Positions 54,039 to 62,705 of a stretch of DNA of 64,000 nt are shown here, piece after piece. Both the position numbers and the translations under genes were made by a program. The stretch comes from a virus: IMG/VR virus record IMGVR_UViG_3300020048_000058; one strand, written 5' to 3'. Under the pieces are notes generated by a model. It did not search any database, was not told the origin of the DNA, and was given only the letters and a program-made list of their open reading frames with translations. Position 1 is the first letter of the stretch. Each line of letters starts with the position of its first letter.

Positions 54039-55379
54039 TTAATCTGGCAATCTTCCGATTAACTTAGGTTCAATTCCTGTAAATTTCTCGAATCTTTGTA
54101 AGATAATTTCACAGTATGCGGGTGAAAGCTCGAATCCGCAAACTGTGCGATCGCCTTCCATTTTTTGCGCTGCGATTATTGATATCCCTGAACCGAGAAA
54201 CGGATCAAAAATCACATCATCAGGCTTGCCATATTTTTCAAAACACCACTCACATAGCGCGACGGGTTTTTGTGTTGGGTGTACTCGTTTCTCGCCACGC
54301 TCAGAGGCTTTTATCATTCCGTTCCATTGGTGTTTAAAAATTCTAACGGCAGATTTGTGATTACACCAAGCTAATTCAGCGTCAGCAAAGTTTCCGGTGT
54401 TTTCCTTATCCCAAACAATCCAACACGATGAAGCTGGGAGAAAATCATAATAGTTTGCACCCCACCAAAATTGAATAGAATCAGGGAAAAGTTTGCAAAC
54501 TTCAAAAGATTTCCTAGCGGTTTCTGTCGTATCATCGCCAATAATAGGAGCATATTTATTAACTTCTACGATGTTAGAGGTTCCGACGGAACCTCTAACA
54601 TCCTTTGACCCAAAAGGCTTGGAACCTCCAACGGTTCCAAGCCTTTTCCTTTCTTGACAATCCTCAATAGATGTCCGATTGCACTCACCGCCACCAACGT
54701 ATCCGTTGGTGGCGACAATACTAATTCCATAGGGACTATCGCTCCAAACCATCCCCACATCCCCAAACCTATCCCCCAACAAAGCCCTAACATTCCCCTC
54801 AATAGTAGAATCACCCGCGCATATTTTATGTCGTCCTAACTGCCATATTTCACCCAACTTAACCCTAGATTCAATCTCATCTACCTTATCCAGAAGCTCG
54901 GCAATTTCTTCCTCATCTTCCTCTTTCGGTTCAGAATTGCCAAACCCTTCACCCTTGCCAAACGATTCCAATAATTCATTTAATTTATAATCAGGGAAGA
55001 ACTCACTAAAATCTACCTCTTGAGCTAAATCATTTAAAAGATCAAAATCCCATGTTGAGAAATCAGAAGCCGTATTATCAGCGATCGCATATTGTTTCCA
55101 ATCCGACTCTGACAACCCTTTACGCTTAACTGCAACAATCGTATTACCATCGGCTTCTACAACCAAAACCTTTTCAATCCCTAATTGACCCGCTTCCTCA
55201 AAGGTTCCATTACCCGCCCGGATAACGTCATTTTCATCAATAACAATGGAACGGCAAGCCCCAAACTGTTCTAAGGATTTGGAAATCACCTTAGCTGATA
55301 ACGGCGTTCTTTTTCGGGCATTATTCGGATCGGGAGTTAGTTTGCTGATATCTGTCTCAGTAATTTTAGGTTTACTCAT
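54039..55379 (-). CDS. ParB-like nuclease domain fused to an N4-C/N6-A DNA methyltransferase
   Basis: N-terminal ISKLTPDPNNARKRT (ParB-like), catalytic SDSPYG and AdoMet motif FDPFLGSGIS. Confidence 0.8.
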   Translation of the reverse strand: MSKPKITETDISKLTPDPNNARKRTPLSAKVISKSLEQFGACRSIVIDENDVIRAGNGTFEEAGQLGIEKVLVVEADGNTIVAVKRKGLSESDWKQYAIADNTASDFSTWDFDLLNDLAQEVDFSEFFPDYKLNELLESFGKGEGFGNSEPKEEDEEEIAELLDKVDEIESRVKLGEIWQLGRHKICAGDSTIEGNVRALLGDRFGDVGMVWSDSPYGISIVATNGYVGGGECNRTSIEDCQERKRLGTVGGSKPFGSKDVRGSVGTSNIVEVNKYAPIIGDDTTETARKSFEVCKLFPDSIQFWWGANYYDFLPASSCWIVWDKENTGNFADAELAWCNHKSAVRIFKHQWNGMIKASERGEKRVHPTQKPVALCEWCFEKYGKPDDVIFDPFLGSGISIIAAQKMEGDRTVCGFELSPAYCEIILQRFEKFTGIEPKLIGRLPD

Positions 55380-55554
55380 GAGTTTTTTTGTGATGATGTT
55401 TAATTTGTTAATTCTAATCTGGAATTATACTTGGATCAAGTTAATAACAGAAGCCGATTCAGGGGTTCGCTTCCGAGGATTCCGAGGTGTTAATTTTAGG
55501 TCGGCAATATCAACTTGTTCGATTTTGGGTTTCGTCATAAATCAATAATATCTT

Positions 55555-56283
55555 ATGGTTGATTATGGTGTTCTGTCTATGTTAGCATCTAATTGTCCAT
55601 TTCGGAACGACTCGGAAGGAGTTCGGAATACTTTGAACAAACCTGATAATACAAGACTAGACCTTTTGATCAAAGCTGTCGAAATTTTAGTCGAGAATCC
55701 ATACTTGTCCAACGTAAAAGTTGCAAAGTTAGTGGGGTGTGATGAGGGCTCTATCCGGCGATGGAAGAAACTGGATATATGGAAAGAAGAAGAGCAAAAA
55801 ATATTAAAAATAAGAATGGAGGTAGCAGGAAATATATTATCAAATATCGTAAAAGGTAATCAGAGTGAGCAAAGAAACCAAAGTCATCAGAATACTCAAA
55901 GATATCAGAATACTCAAGGTGTTCGGGAGCAAGACGAGGATGTTAAAGATTTTGATCGGACTGATGTGTTTGAGACAAAGAGACGGATTCAGTATCAAGC
56001 CAACCTAGAGAAACAGCAAGATGATTTAAAGTTGTTCCTAGAGGCGATTAAGGCAACGGGAGTCCAATCGCTAAAGTTAGCAAATAAAACTTATACCGAG
56101 TTAGGGAAAATGGATAACCCTGTCAAGGCTTGCCAGCAGGGGACAAAGGCAGGGGTTCATTTTCACGTCCGTACGGGGATGGACGCAGTAAAGGAAGTTG
56201 ACCGACTCATTGAACGAATCTATCAAATAGATCGGGTTCTTGAGTATATGGAACAACAAATTGGGACAGATGATTATGATTAA
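55555..56283 (+). CDS. HTH DNA-binding protein (function unknown)
   Basis: LSNVKVAKLVGCDEGSIRRWKK helix-turn-helix. Confidence 0.5.
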   Translation: MVDYGVLSMLASNCPFRNDSEGVRNTLNKPDNTRLDLLIKAVEILVENPYLSNVKVAKLVGCDEGSIRRWKKLDIWKEEEQKILKIRMEVAGNILSNIVKGNQSEQRNQSHQNTQRYQNTQGVREQDEDVKDFDRTDVFETKRRIQYQANLEKQQDDLKLFLEAIKATGVQSLKLANKTYTELGKMDNPVKACQQGTKAGVHFHVRTGMDAVKEVDRLIERIYQIDRVLEYMEQQIGTDDYD

Positions 56284-56380
56284 CTTATATGGGACTATCG
56301 TGTAACAGGCGAATTTACGGGAATGATAATACAAGAAAACACCCTGTATTAATTGGGTGTTTTAATTGATAAGATAACTC

Positions 56381-56770
56381 TTAACTATCGGCGTTAAAGC
56401 CATCTACAATCCCCATCAAATCAGGGATCAGGGATTGAATCTTTAAATACTTTCCCGATAAAGCCGACTCTATCGCCTCCAGCCGTGCCTCTATACCAGG
56501 ATGGGCTTGTTGTGCCTCTAATTTGGCAATCCTATCCAATAGTTCGACATAGTTTGATTTGGGCTTTTCAACCTTCCTCTCTAGTTTTACCTCGCCATTG
56601 GTCAGGGATTCTACCCCACTAATTAGGATATCCCGCAATGCCTTAGATTGGTCAAAGTCAGTATTACCCCGACCATTGGGATTCGTGGGGTAATGTTCCC
56701 GTCCGTAGGCTTCAATCGCAGTTAAAAGGTCATCGGGACATCGGAAATTGATTAATTTATTAGCAGCCAT
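56381..56770 (-). CDS. RHH-like regulator, divergent from the repeated promoter cassettes
   Basis: KLINFRCPDDLLTAIEAYGRE is a beta-strand/helix start. A C-terminal coiled coil follows. Confidence 0.45.
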   Translation of the reverse strand: MAANKLINFRCPDDLLTAIEAYGREHYPTNPNGRGNTDFDQSKALRDILISGVESLTNGEVKLERKVEKPKSNYVELLDRIAKLEAQQAHPGIEARLEAIESALSGKYLKIQSLIPDLMGIVDGFNADS

Positions 56771-56898
56771 TATTTTTTCTGATTTACTTTATAGCTTGAG
56801 TATAACACAGTAAAACATAAAAGTAAGACATATAAGTAAGATTAATTGAATTTGTGTAAAACAGCATAATCCCATAGAAAACTCTGATGTAAAACACC

Positions 56899-56927
56899 TT
56901 GACATTGTAAGACGGAACTGTTATATT
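56899..56927 (+). promoter_or_regulatory. cassette promoter P1: TTGACA-17 nt-TATATT
   Basis: Read directly. It is flanked by GTAAAACA/GTAAGAC 8-mers. Confidence 0.6.
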
Positions 56928-57052
56928 GTTATACATAGGGGTAGAGAAACCTGAAACCTTTACAGAACAAGGTTTTTGATACACCTGTAAGACTGATAAG
57001 TAAAACATCGTGTTTTATGTCTTACCTATAGAAAAGTCTGATGTAAAACACC

Positions 57053-57081
57053 TTGACAAAGTAAAACAAATTAGTTATACT
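57053..57081 (+). promoter_or_regulatory. cassette promoter P2: TTGACA-17 nt-TATACT
   Basis: Read directly. It lies 52 nt upstream of the ATG at 57134. Confidence 0.65.
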
Positions 57082-57133
57082 GTTTTACATAGGGATAAGA
57101 AAAGCCCTAAAGCACTACACTAAGGAGACAACA

Positions 57134-58000
57134 ATGAATTACCGCGAACTTCAACAAACCCTAAAAACCCTACGCCTCGAAGGGTTGACCACAATAAAAC
57201 TCAATCAGAAGGGAACGATCCTCCAGGCCGAATACGACCGGATTCAAGGGATTCAAGGGATTCAAGAGCAACCCCAACGCCCTATAACAGGGGATTTGAC
57301 TTTTGGAGTTGAGATTGAAATTCTTAACACGATTGACCGGCATGAGATTGCACGGGCTTTAGAGGCTGAAGGAATCAACGCTGCGAGCGAGTTTTACAAT
57401 CACCGGACAACAACATGGTGGAAAGTCATAACCGACTCAAGCTGTGGTTTGGAGGTTGTAAGTCCTATCCTGTCAGGGGAGCAGGGATTAAACGAACTTA
57501 AAACAGTTTGTGAAGTCTTAACTCGGATTGGTTGTCAGGTTGATAAACAATGTGGGGTTCATGTTCACATCGGAGCAAACGCTTTAGGGGTTAGCAAGGT
57601 TAAATCAGTTGTAAAACGCTGGTTATCCAACGAATCCAACCTCGACACGATTCAACCCCGTTCACGCCGGGGGACTAATAACGAATATTGCCTACCACTA
57701 GCCAACACCATCAGAACCCATCTTATTGATAACTGTTTCACGTTGGAGGATCTTGCAAATATCCAATCCACTCGGTACAGCAAGCTAAATTTAAGGTCTT
57801 ACCTTACCCACCGGACAATCGAGTTCAGACACCATGCAGGGTCAACCGACGCGACAAAAATCACAAATTGGGTTAAGTTTTTACTAGACTTCTGCACAAC
57901 CGCAACACCTGAAACCGCTACAGCCACAGAGTTTGGCAATCTTTTTGCTAACAACAACATCGCTCAATTCTACCGTCAACGACAATTACAATTAGCTTAA
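57134..58000 (+). CDS. amidoligase family enzyme (glutamine-synthetase-like COOH-NH2 ligase)
   Basis: FGVEIEI, CGLEVVSP, CGVHVHIG, SRYSKLNL and TIEFRHHAGS follow the amidoligase motif order. Confidence 0.7.
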   Translation: MNYRELQQTLKTLRLEGLTTIKLNQKGTILQAEYDRIQGIQGIQEQPQRPITGDLTFGVEIEILNTIDRHEIARALEAEGINAASEFYNHRTTTWWKVITDSSCGLEVVSPILSGEQGLNELKTVCEVLTRIGCQVDKQCGVHVHIGANALGVSKVKSVVKRWLSNESNLDTIQPRSRRGTNNEYCLPLANTIRTHLIDNCFTLEDLANIQSTRYSKLNLRSYLTHRTIEFRHHAGSTDATKITNWVKFLLDFCTTATPETATATEFGNLFANNNIAQFYRQRQLQLA

Positions 58001-58069
58001 TATTTACTAGGGGAGTGGGTTAACAGCCTACTCCCCAATAGGACACCTATACCCATATAAGGACATAAA

Positions 58070-58309
58070 ATGGCTACCTATCGACTTTTTGATGATTCCA
58101 TGACCGTTTCAGGTACGTCTGAACAAATCACAGAAGCCCTATACATGAACTGTCGCGCCCATGAACCTATCAATAATTTAGTGGAGTTTATGGCTTGGCA
58201 AAAAGAAACAGTACGGCAATATTCAGGTAAAACCCTTGATATCACTAGCTTTGAGACTTTTGTTGACTCATTGGTAGCAGTCGGTTTCTTACTCCCTATT
58301 GACAAGTAA
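58070..58309 (+). CDS. hypothetical protein
   Basis: 79-aa ORF. Confidence 0.5.
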   Translation: MATYRLFDDSMTVSGTSEQITEALYMNCRAHEPINNLVEFMAWQKETVRQYSGKTLDITSFETFVDSLVAVGFLLPIDK

Positions 58310-58374
58310 AACAATTGATAAGTAAAACATCATGCTTTGTATAAAACACATAGAAAAGTCTGATGTTTTACTAC

Positions 58375-58404
58375 TTGACATCTGTAAAGCATAACTGATA
58401 AGAT
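58375..58404 (+). promoter_or_regulatory. cassette promoter P3: TTGACA-18 nt-TAAGAT
   Basis: Read directly. Confidence 0.5.
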
Positions 58405-58483
58405 GTAAGACATCAGAGTAAAACAACCAATACAGTTTAGCTCTGAGAACGCCACAACTCACGTTATATAAGGAATCAAAACC

Positions 58484-59050
58484 ATGTTGTTAACCAACCG
58501 CTTCAATCAAATCGACTCCCAAATTAATCAAGTCGAGTCTGATATTGCCAAACTTCAAAACCAATTATCAGAACTGCAACAACACCGCCAACACTTGCAA
58601 GCTGTAGAACAAGCCTGTGAGAGCGCCCTAACCCAAACTGAAACCGCTTTGATGATGTTGAATCATATTGACCCTGATTGTGTCCAAACCTTTAAGACTG
58701 CGATGTTGGCTAAATTTGACGGTGCTATTCCACAACTCCCAGAGGCTACCGACACCGACACACCGGAATCAGAACCTATTACACCAACAGAACCCGATAC
58801 CGATAATACAGACACCATCACGGTTGACCCTATCCTAGAATCACCGGAAATCGACACTACACCGGAATCAGAACCCCGTACACTTGCATCTGTTGGGTGT
58901 GCAGTGTTTAACCCTTCTACTGCCGATTTTGACAACCTCAAAGCATGGGTACGGAGTCACCAGGGGGATGATAAAACCCGACTACAAGGCACTTTGACCC
59001 GACGCACTACATGGGAATACGCCGCCAAATTGATTCTTGAAAGTCTGTAA
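58484..59050 (+). CDS. coiled-coil protein with an acidic Thr/Pro/Asp/Glu-rich linker
   Basis: DIAKLQNQLSELQQHRQHLQAVEQ followed by TDTDTPESEPITPTEPDTDNTDT. Confidence 0.55.
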   Translation: MLLTNRFNQIDSQINQVESDIAKLQNQLSELQQHRQHLQAVEQACESALTQTETALMMLNHIDPDCVQTFKTAMLAKFDGAIPQLPEATDTDTPESEPITPTEPDTDNTDTITVDPILESPEIDTTPESEPRTLASVGCAVFNPSTADFDNLKAWVRSHQGDDKTRLQGTLTRRTTWEYAAKLILESL

Positions 59051-59156
59051 ACCTCAAAACCTAATCAGATAGGGACTTCCAACCTATCTGTAAGACTGAT
59101 AAGTAAAACATAATAGTAAAATGTTTTACCTATAAGTAAGATTAATGTAAAACTAC

Positions 59157-59185
59157 TTGACAACTGTAAGACTTTTAGTTATACT
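59157..59185 (+). promoter_or_regulatory. cassette promoter P4: TTGACA-17 nt-TATACT
   Basis: Read directly. Confidence 0.65.
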
Positions 59186-59293
59186 GTTTTACATAGGGGT
59201 CAAGAAAACACCTCTTAAAACAACAGAGTCAGAAGGGCTACTTTCTCAGGGACACCCAACCGACTCCACTACATCCAAAAAGGACTTAATGAC

Positions 59294-59668
59294 ATGGTAG
59301 CTCAAATCACGACCGCGATCACGACTGAAATCATCTCAACCTACGTTTCAACCTTTGACGGCCTCCAAATCGACACGATTCAAATGACTTACCCGGACGG
59401 CTCGGTTGAAATCCGTTATGGATGGATGGAAGAAGACTTCTACACAGGTGAAACAACCTACTATATCCGAACAAAATCCGGCGCCGTTCTGAATAGCAAC
59501 TGGAAGACCACCCGTAATAACAAGTGGTTGGTTAGTTACAAATCAATTAAACTCACCGCTAAACAAACTGAAATTATCAATCATAATTCTGCCCTCGAAG
59601 TGTTAGCAAGTCCTGAGAATTACAGTCACGCCGAGTACCTCAAAGCAAAGGCTGATCTGGGATTCTAA
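59294..59668 (+). CDS. hypothetical protein
   Basis: 124-aa ORF. Confidence 0.55.
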   Translation: MVAQITTAITTEIISTYVSTFDGLQIDTIQMTYPDGSVEIRYGWMEEDFYTGETTYYIRTKSGAVLNSNWKTTRNNKWLVSYKSIKLTAKQTEIINHNSALEVLASPENYSHAEYLKAKADLGF

Positions 59669-59679
59669 AAACAATAACC

Positions 59680-59698
59680 GGGGGTGAAATATCCCCCC
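59680..59698. repeat. stem-loop GGGGGTGAAATATCCCCCC (copy 3 of 3)
   Basis: Read directly. Confidence 0.8.
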
Positions 59699-59735
59699 TT
59701 CTGGTAACATTTCAAAACACGTCTAAGGTAAAACA

Positions 59736-60263
59736 ATGCAATCACTTCAAAGCCCTACAACTGCCACTAATACAGCCGTCCTACCTAACACACCTCGCGA
59801 TTTACGGATAGCACTAGCCTCCGGTGAAACGTTAGGAATTAACCGACCTTTCCTTGATATCCAACGCGATTTATACCGCAAAGTCCCCGATAGTTATTAT
59901 GCTTTCAAAAGTAAAGGGGGAACTCAAATTATCTACCTCTCATGGGAATTATTAAGCTGCTGCATGGATTATATTACCCCCGGATGGGAGAAGTCCATCA
60001 GTCTAAACCAGATTGGGGAGCGGGTAACGGTTGAATGTACCGTAACCATCCATAGTTCCGACGGGTCATTCAAACGTACAGCTACAGGGAGCGACACTCT
60101 ACTCGACGAGGGATATGGGGGGCCTGTAGTTGATGCAGAAAGTCAGGCATTTCGCCGGGCGCTCGCCAACTTTGGATTCTGTAGTTATCTCTGGGATAAA
60201 GAAATCAGTAATGCCCTGATAAAACGGCTCAAAGGTCAAACCCCGCCCACTTTTTGGGGTTAG
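59736..60263 (+). CDS. Rad52/Sak-type single-strand annealing protein
   Basis: IIYLSWELL...VTVECTVTIH...AESQAFRRALANFGFCSYLW resembles the Rad52/Sak (DUF1071-like) core. Confidence 0.55.
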   Translation: MQSLQSPTTATNTAVLPNTPRDLRIALASGETLGINRPFLDIQRDLYRKVPDSYYAFKSKGGTQIIYLSWELLSCCMDYITPGWEKSISLNQIGERVTVECTVTIHSSDGSFKRTATGSDTLLDEGYGGPVVDAESQAFRRALANFGFCSYLWDKEISNALIKRLKGQTPPTFWG

Positions 60264-60391
60264 GAATTAACCCACCTGAGAGGGAATTAAAAACCCTCTC
60301 CAACACTTCAAAAATAAACCCTACAAGGACTTAAAATAATGGCACGTTACGAATGTGAGGGCATCTTTATTATATCACAATAAGCAAGCCA

Positions 60392-60494
60392 GAGGATAGA
60401 CGGGAATGGAAGTTGATCGAGGATCAAGAATTATTTTTAGCTGGCAACTGGAATTAGAACTAAAAAAGGCACGGATTTAATCCGTGCCTTTATC
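60392..60494 (+). pseudogene. 3'-terminal 22 codons plus terminator of a third member of the 13252/60958 gene family
   Basis: EDRREWKLIEDQELFLAGNWN* compares with EDRQELRLIEDQELFLAGNWN* (61435..61500). The GGCACGG hairpin is also duplicated. Confidence 0.7.
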
Positions 60495-60900
60495 ATTGGA
60501 GTATTGTGATTCAGTTTATAAATATCATCATCTGATTGGCGGTTTTCGTCTAAGCGGTCTTGGCTTCTTTGAGTAATTTAATAGCTGCTACAATCTCATG
60601 GCTTGAGGTTCAGGGCTACTTAGATATAGAGAAAATCAATAAGTAGAGTCATCCTACTCAGATCCCTCTGTATTTACTGTCACAACCTCCCATAAACATT
60701 TAGAGCATTTCCACGTTGGCTCCTGACTTTTCCAGTCTGTCAGTGCTTTTGGTTTAGCAAAACCAATAAATTCTAATTCTCCTTCTTTGCAGACAGGGCA
60801 AATACCCTCTGAAACAAAGGCTTGTTGCGTCTCGTTTGCAAAGTTGTCTATTTTGATGAATTATGGGAATTAAATAAACTTATTAAATGATATAATAAAA

Positions 60901-60929
60901 ACCCCTCGCGGTGCGCTTAACACCCAGGG
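60901..60929 (+). promoter_or_regulatory. 5'-leader stem-loop CCCCT...AGGGG, 5 nt downstream of a TATAAT box (60890..60895)
   Basis: Homologous to 13196..13223. Confidence 0.45.
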
Positions 60930-60957
60930 GAAGTAATCATCAAGAGGAAATGACCAC

Positions 60958-61500
60958 ATGACTAATATTATCAGAGCCGAGCGTACATCTGTCAAGTTTT
61001 GTGATGGTGTCGAAGTTGAAGGGTATTTATTGCCGTCCGGTGAGTTTAGGGTTGGCAAAATTTCGACTGCGCTGGCACTGGGATACGGAAAAGATTGGGT
61101 AACTCGGACTATAAACGGGGTCGCATCGGGCAAAGGTAAAGACGCTGAAACCCTTACACAGTGGGGATTTAGTGGGGTCGCATCCCCTGTAGAAATCACT
61201 GGATCTGCTAGAGGGACTACAATCTCGGAAACTATCAGCTTAAAAGATTTTCGACAATTGATTAGATTAGCTGCAAAGAGAGGTAAACCACAAGCCGAGG
61301 CGTTACTGGATGCCCTGTTAGACGTGGGGATTGAGGATTGGTTTAGATTGGCTTTCGGACAGGAGCAACTAACCTTAGAGGAAAAACGCAACAAGTTCTA
61401 TAAAGCATACGCGGCGACTATTGACTGGTTACTTGAGGATAGGCAGGAATTGAGATTGATTGAGGATCAAGAATTATTTTTAGCTGGCAACTGGAATTAA
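60958..61500 (+). CDS. hypothetical protein, paralogue of 13252..13770
   Basis: See 13252..13770. The antisense listed ORF 60870..61394 is judged spurious. Confidence 0.65.
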   Translation: MTNIIRAERTSVKFCDGVEVEGYLLPSGEFRVGKISTALALGYGKDWVTRTINGVASGKGKDAETLTQWGFSGVASPVEITGSARGTTISETISLKDFRQLIRLAAKRGKPQAEALLDALLDVGIEDWFRLAFGQEQLTLEEKRNKFYKAYAATIDWLLEDRQELRLIEDQELFLAGNWN

Positions 61501-61511
61501 ACATTTAAAAA

Positions 61512-61538
61512 GGCACGGGTTTGAATCCGTGCCTTTTT
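61512..61538 (+). terminator. intrinsic terminator GGCACGG-N8-CCGTGCC followed by TTTTT
   Basis: Read directly. Confidence 0.7.
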
Positions 61539-61543
61539 GGTAG

Positions 61544-61723
61544 TTAATGGTTTAATTCCTGCTCGATTCTGTCAAAAACTTCTCTGATTATTTTTAAGTT
61601 TTTAATAGCTTGATTTCCTGTGTAGATTTCCGTTTTCCCGTAAACTGTCCTTACTCTTAAAATTGGCAACTGTGAGTTTAAATTACTGATTTGATATTCT
61701 TTGATGTCTTCAACTTTGATCAT
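61544..61723 (-). CDS. small hypothetical protein (59 aa, not in the ORF track)
   Basis: ATG start, MIKVEDIKEYQISN... Confidence 0.3.
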   Translation of the reverse strand: MIKVEDIKEYQISNLNSQLPILRVRTVYGKTEIYTGNQAIKNLKIIREVFDRIEQELNH

Positions 61724-61797
61724 TGTTTTAGTCCCTATTTAATATGGTGTATTTGTTGCAGTCACCGGATTCGATCCGGTGACTTGGTTGACGCTGT

Positions 61798-62385
61798 TTA
61801 ATATCGAGGGATGTCTTGAAGGTTTGCAATTTTGGCAAAGTCTTGATTGGTTTTAACGCCGCTGCCAGATTCATAAGCGGTAATCAATTCTTGATAACGG
61901 GATTCTGTTACTAGATAATGACCATCCCCAAAGTTGGCTAAAGTATTCTTGATGGGATTAGTCAACTTTTCGGCTAATGGGCGACGGTCTAAGATTTCAA
62001 AACCCCGTTCTGTTACTCGAATCAAGTGAGTGCGGTTGCTTGTCTGAACTGCTTTTATACAGTCTTGGCGGGTTAGTTTTCCGACTTGGTAACATTCGGC
62101 TGTTTCTTTTTTGTTTGCTGGTGTAGGTAGCTCCGTCTTTACCTCTTCTTTAGTTTTTGGATTCACGATTGCGTGAACAGTCATTTCCTGTCCGTCGTAG
62201 TTATAAACATCTTCAACTTTGATTCCGGGGCGGTGATTAGCTAGCTGTATCCCGACGCAGTATTTTCTGGCACTGTATTGGTTTACAACTATCACTACTT
62301 GAATATTTTGCTCATCTGCTATTCTTTGCGCTTCCGTTAACCGAGATTCAATTGCTTGGGGGATCTGTTTTTTGAAAACTAACAT
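61798..62385 (-). CDS. hypothetical protein (195 aa; start at internal ATG MLVFKKQ)
   Basis: The duplicated promoter block lies immediately upstream. The listed N-terminal extension runs through that promoter. Confidence 0.55.
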   Translation of the reverse strand: MLVFKKQIPQAIESRLTEAQRIADEQNIQVVIVVNQYSARKYCVGIQLANHRPGIKVEDVYNYDGQEMTVHAIVNPKTKEEVKTELPTPANKKETAECYQVGKLTRQDCIKAVQTSNRTHLIRVTERGFEILDRRPLAEKLTNPIKNTLANFGDGHYLVTESRYQELITAYESGSGVKTNQDFAKIANLQDIPRY

Positions 62386-62425
62386 TTGATTTGTCCTTTG
62401 CGTGTGTTTTATCCTTACAATTAAT

Positions 62426-62454
62426 ATAGTACACAATCCCTTGATAGATGTCAA
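62426..62454 (-). promoter_or_regulatory. sigma70-type promoter TTGACA-17 nt-TACTAT (minus strand), copy 1 of a duplicated ~85-bp block
   Basis: The -35 is the reverse complement of 62449..62454 and the -10 is the reverse complement of 62426..62431. Confidence 0.6.
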
Positions 62455-62474
62455 GTGTTTTCTGAAAATATTTT

Positions 62475-62705
62475 TTATTTCTTCCGTTTCTCCCTCCTGT
62501 AGTGCATTTGGCACAATCCCCCGGCGTAATGGGGTTTATCACAGAGGGTACAAGTCCGACCTTTCCCAGTCCCATCGGGTCTACCTGGTTTTCCCTGTTC
62601 GGACGGGGCTACCATCTGCTTATGGCATTTAGAACATCTATAGGCTAGTTTCCCCCTTCGGAAACCGTCTAGCCACATCTCGGCGTTACATTCTGGACAA
62701 TTCAT
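62475..62705 (-). CDS. Zn-ribbon protein with a GRP motif and a C-terminal CxxC...GLCxxHYRR motif
   Basis: CPECNAEM...RCSKCHKQM, GKPGRPDG and CTLCDKPHYAGGLCQMHYRR. Confidence 0.55.
   Translation of the reverse strand: MNCPECNAEMWLDGFRRGKLAYRCSKCHKQMVAPSEQGKPGRPDGTGKGRTCTLCDKPHYAGGLCQMHYRREKRKK

Noticed and set aside
54116-54839. Cluster of short ORFs on both strands (54116, 54145, 54371, 54566, 54654) inside the ParB-methylase gene. Similar embedded ORFs occur at 572, 4003, 4010, 8084, 8149, 9057, 12176, 22131, 23180, 25095, 27076, 37751, 38979, 40714, 45323, 46083, 47502, 58078, 58663, 62836, 62951 and 63178.
   Set aside because: All lie entirely within longer ORFs that have recognisable motifs or operon context. 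Their compositions are low-complexity or biased, and they lack an RBS context.
55246-55548. A 100-aa plus-strand ORF spanning the start of the ParB-methylase gene and the intergenic region.
   Set aside because: Its first half is antisense to the well-supported methylase N-terminus. The remainder is an AT-rich divergent promoter region between 55379 and 55555.
60870-61394. A 174-aa minus-strand ORF, and the analogous 13233..13481, antisense to the paralogous plus-strand genes.
   Set aside because: The plus-strand reading frames are conserved as proteins between the two paralogues, with many synonymous differences, and have promoters, leaders and terminators. The antisense ORFs are by-products.
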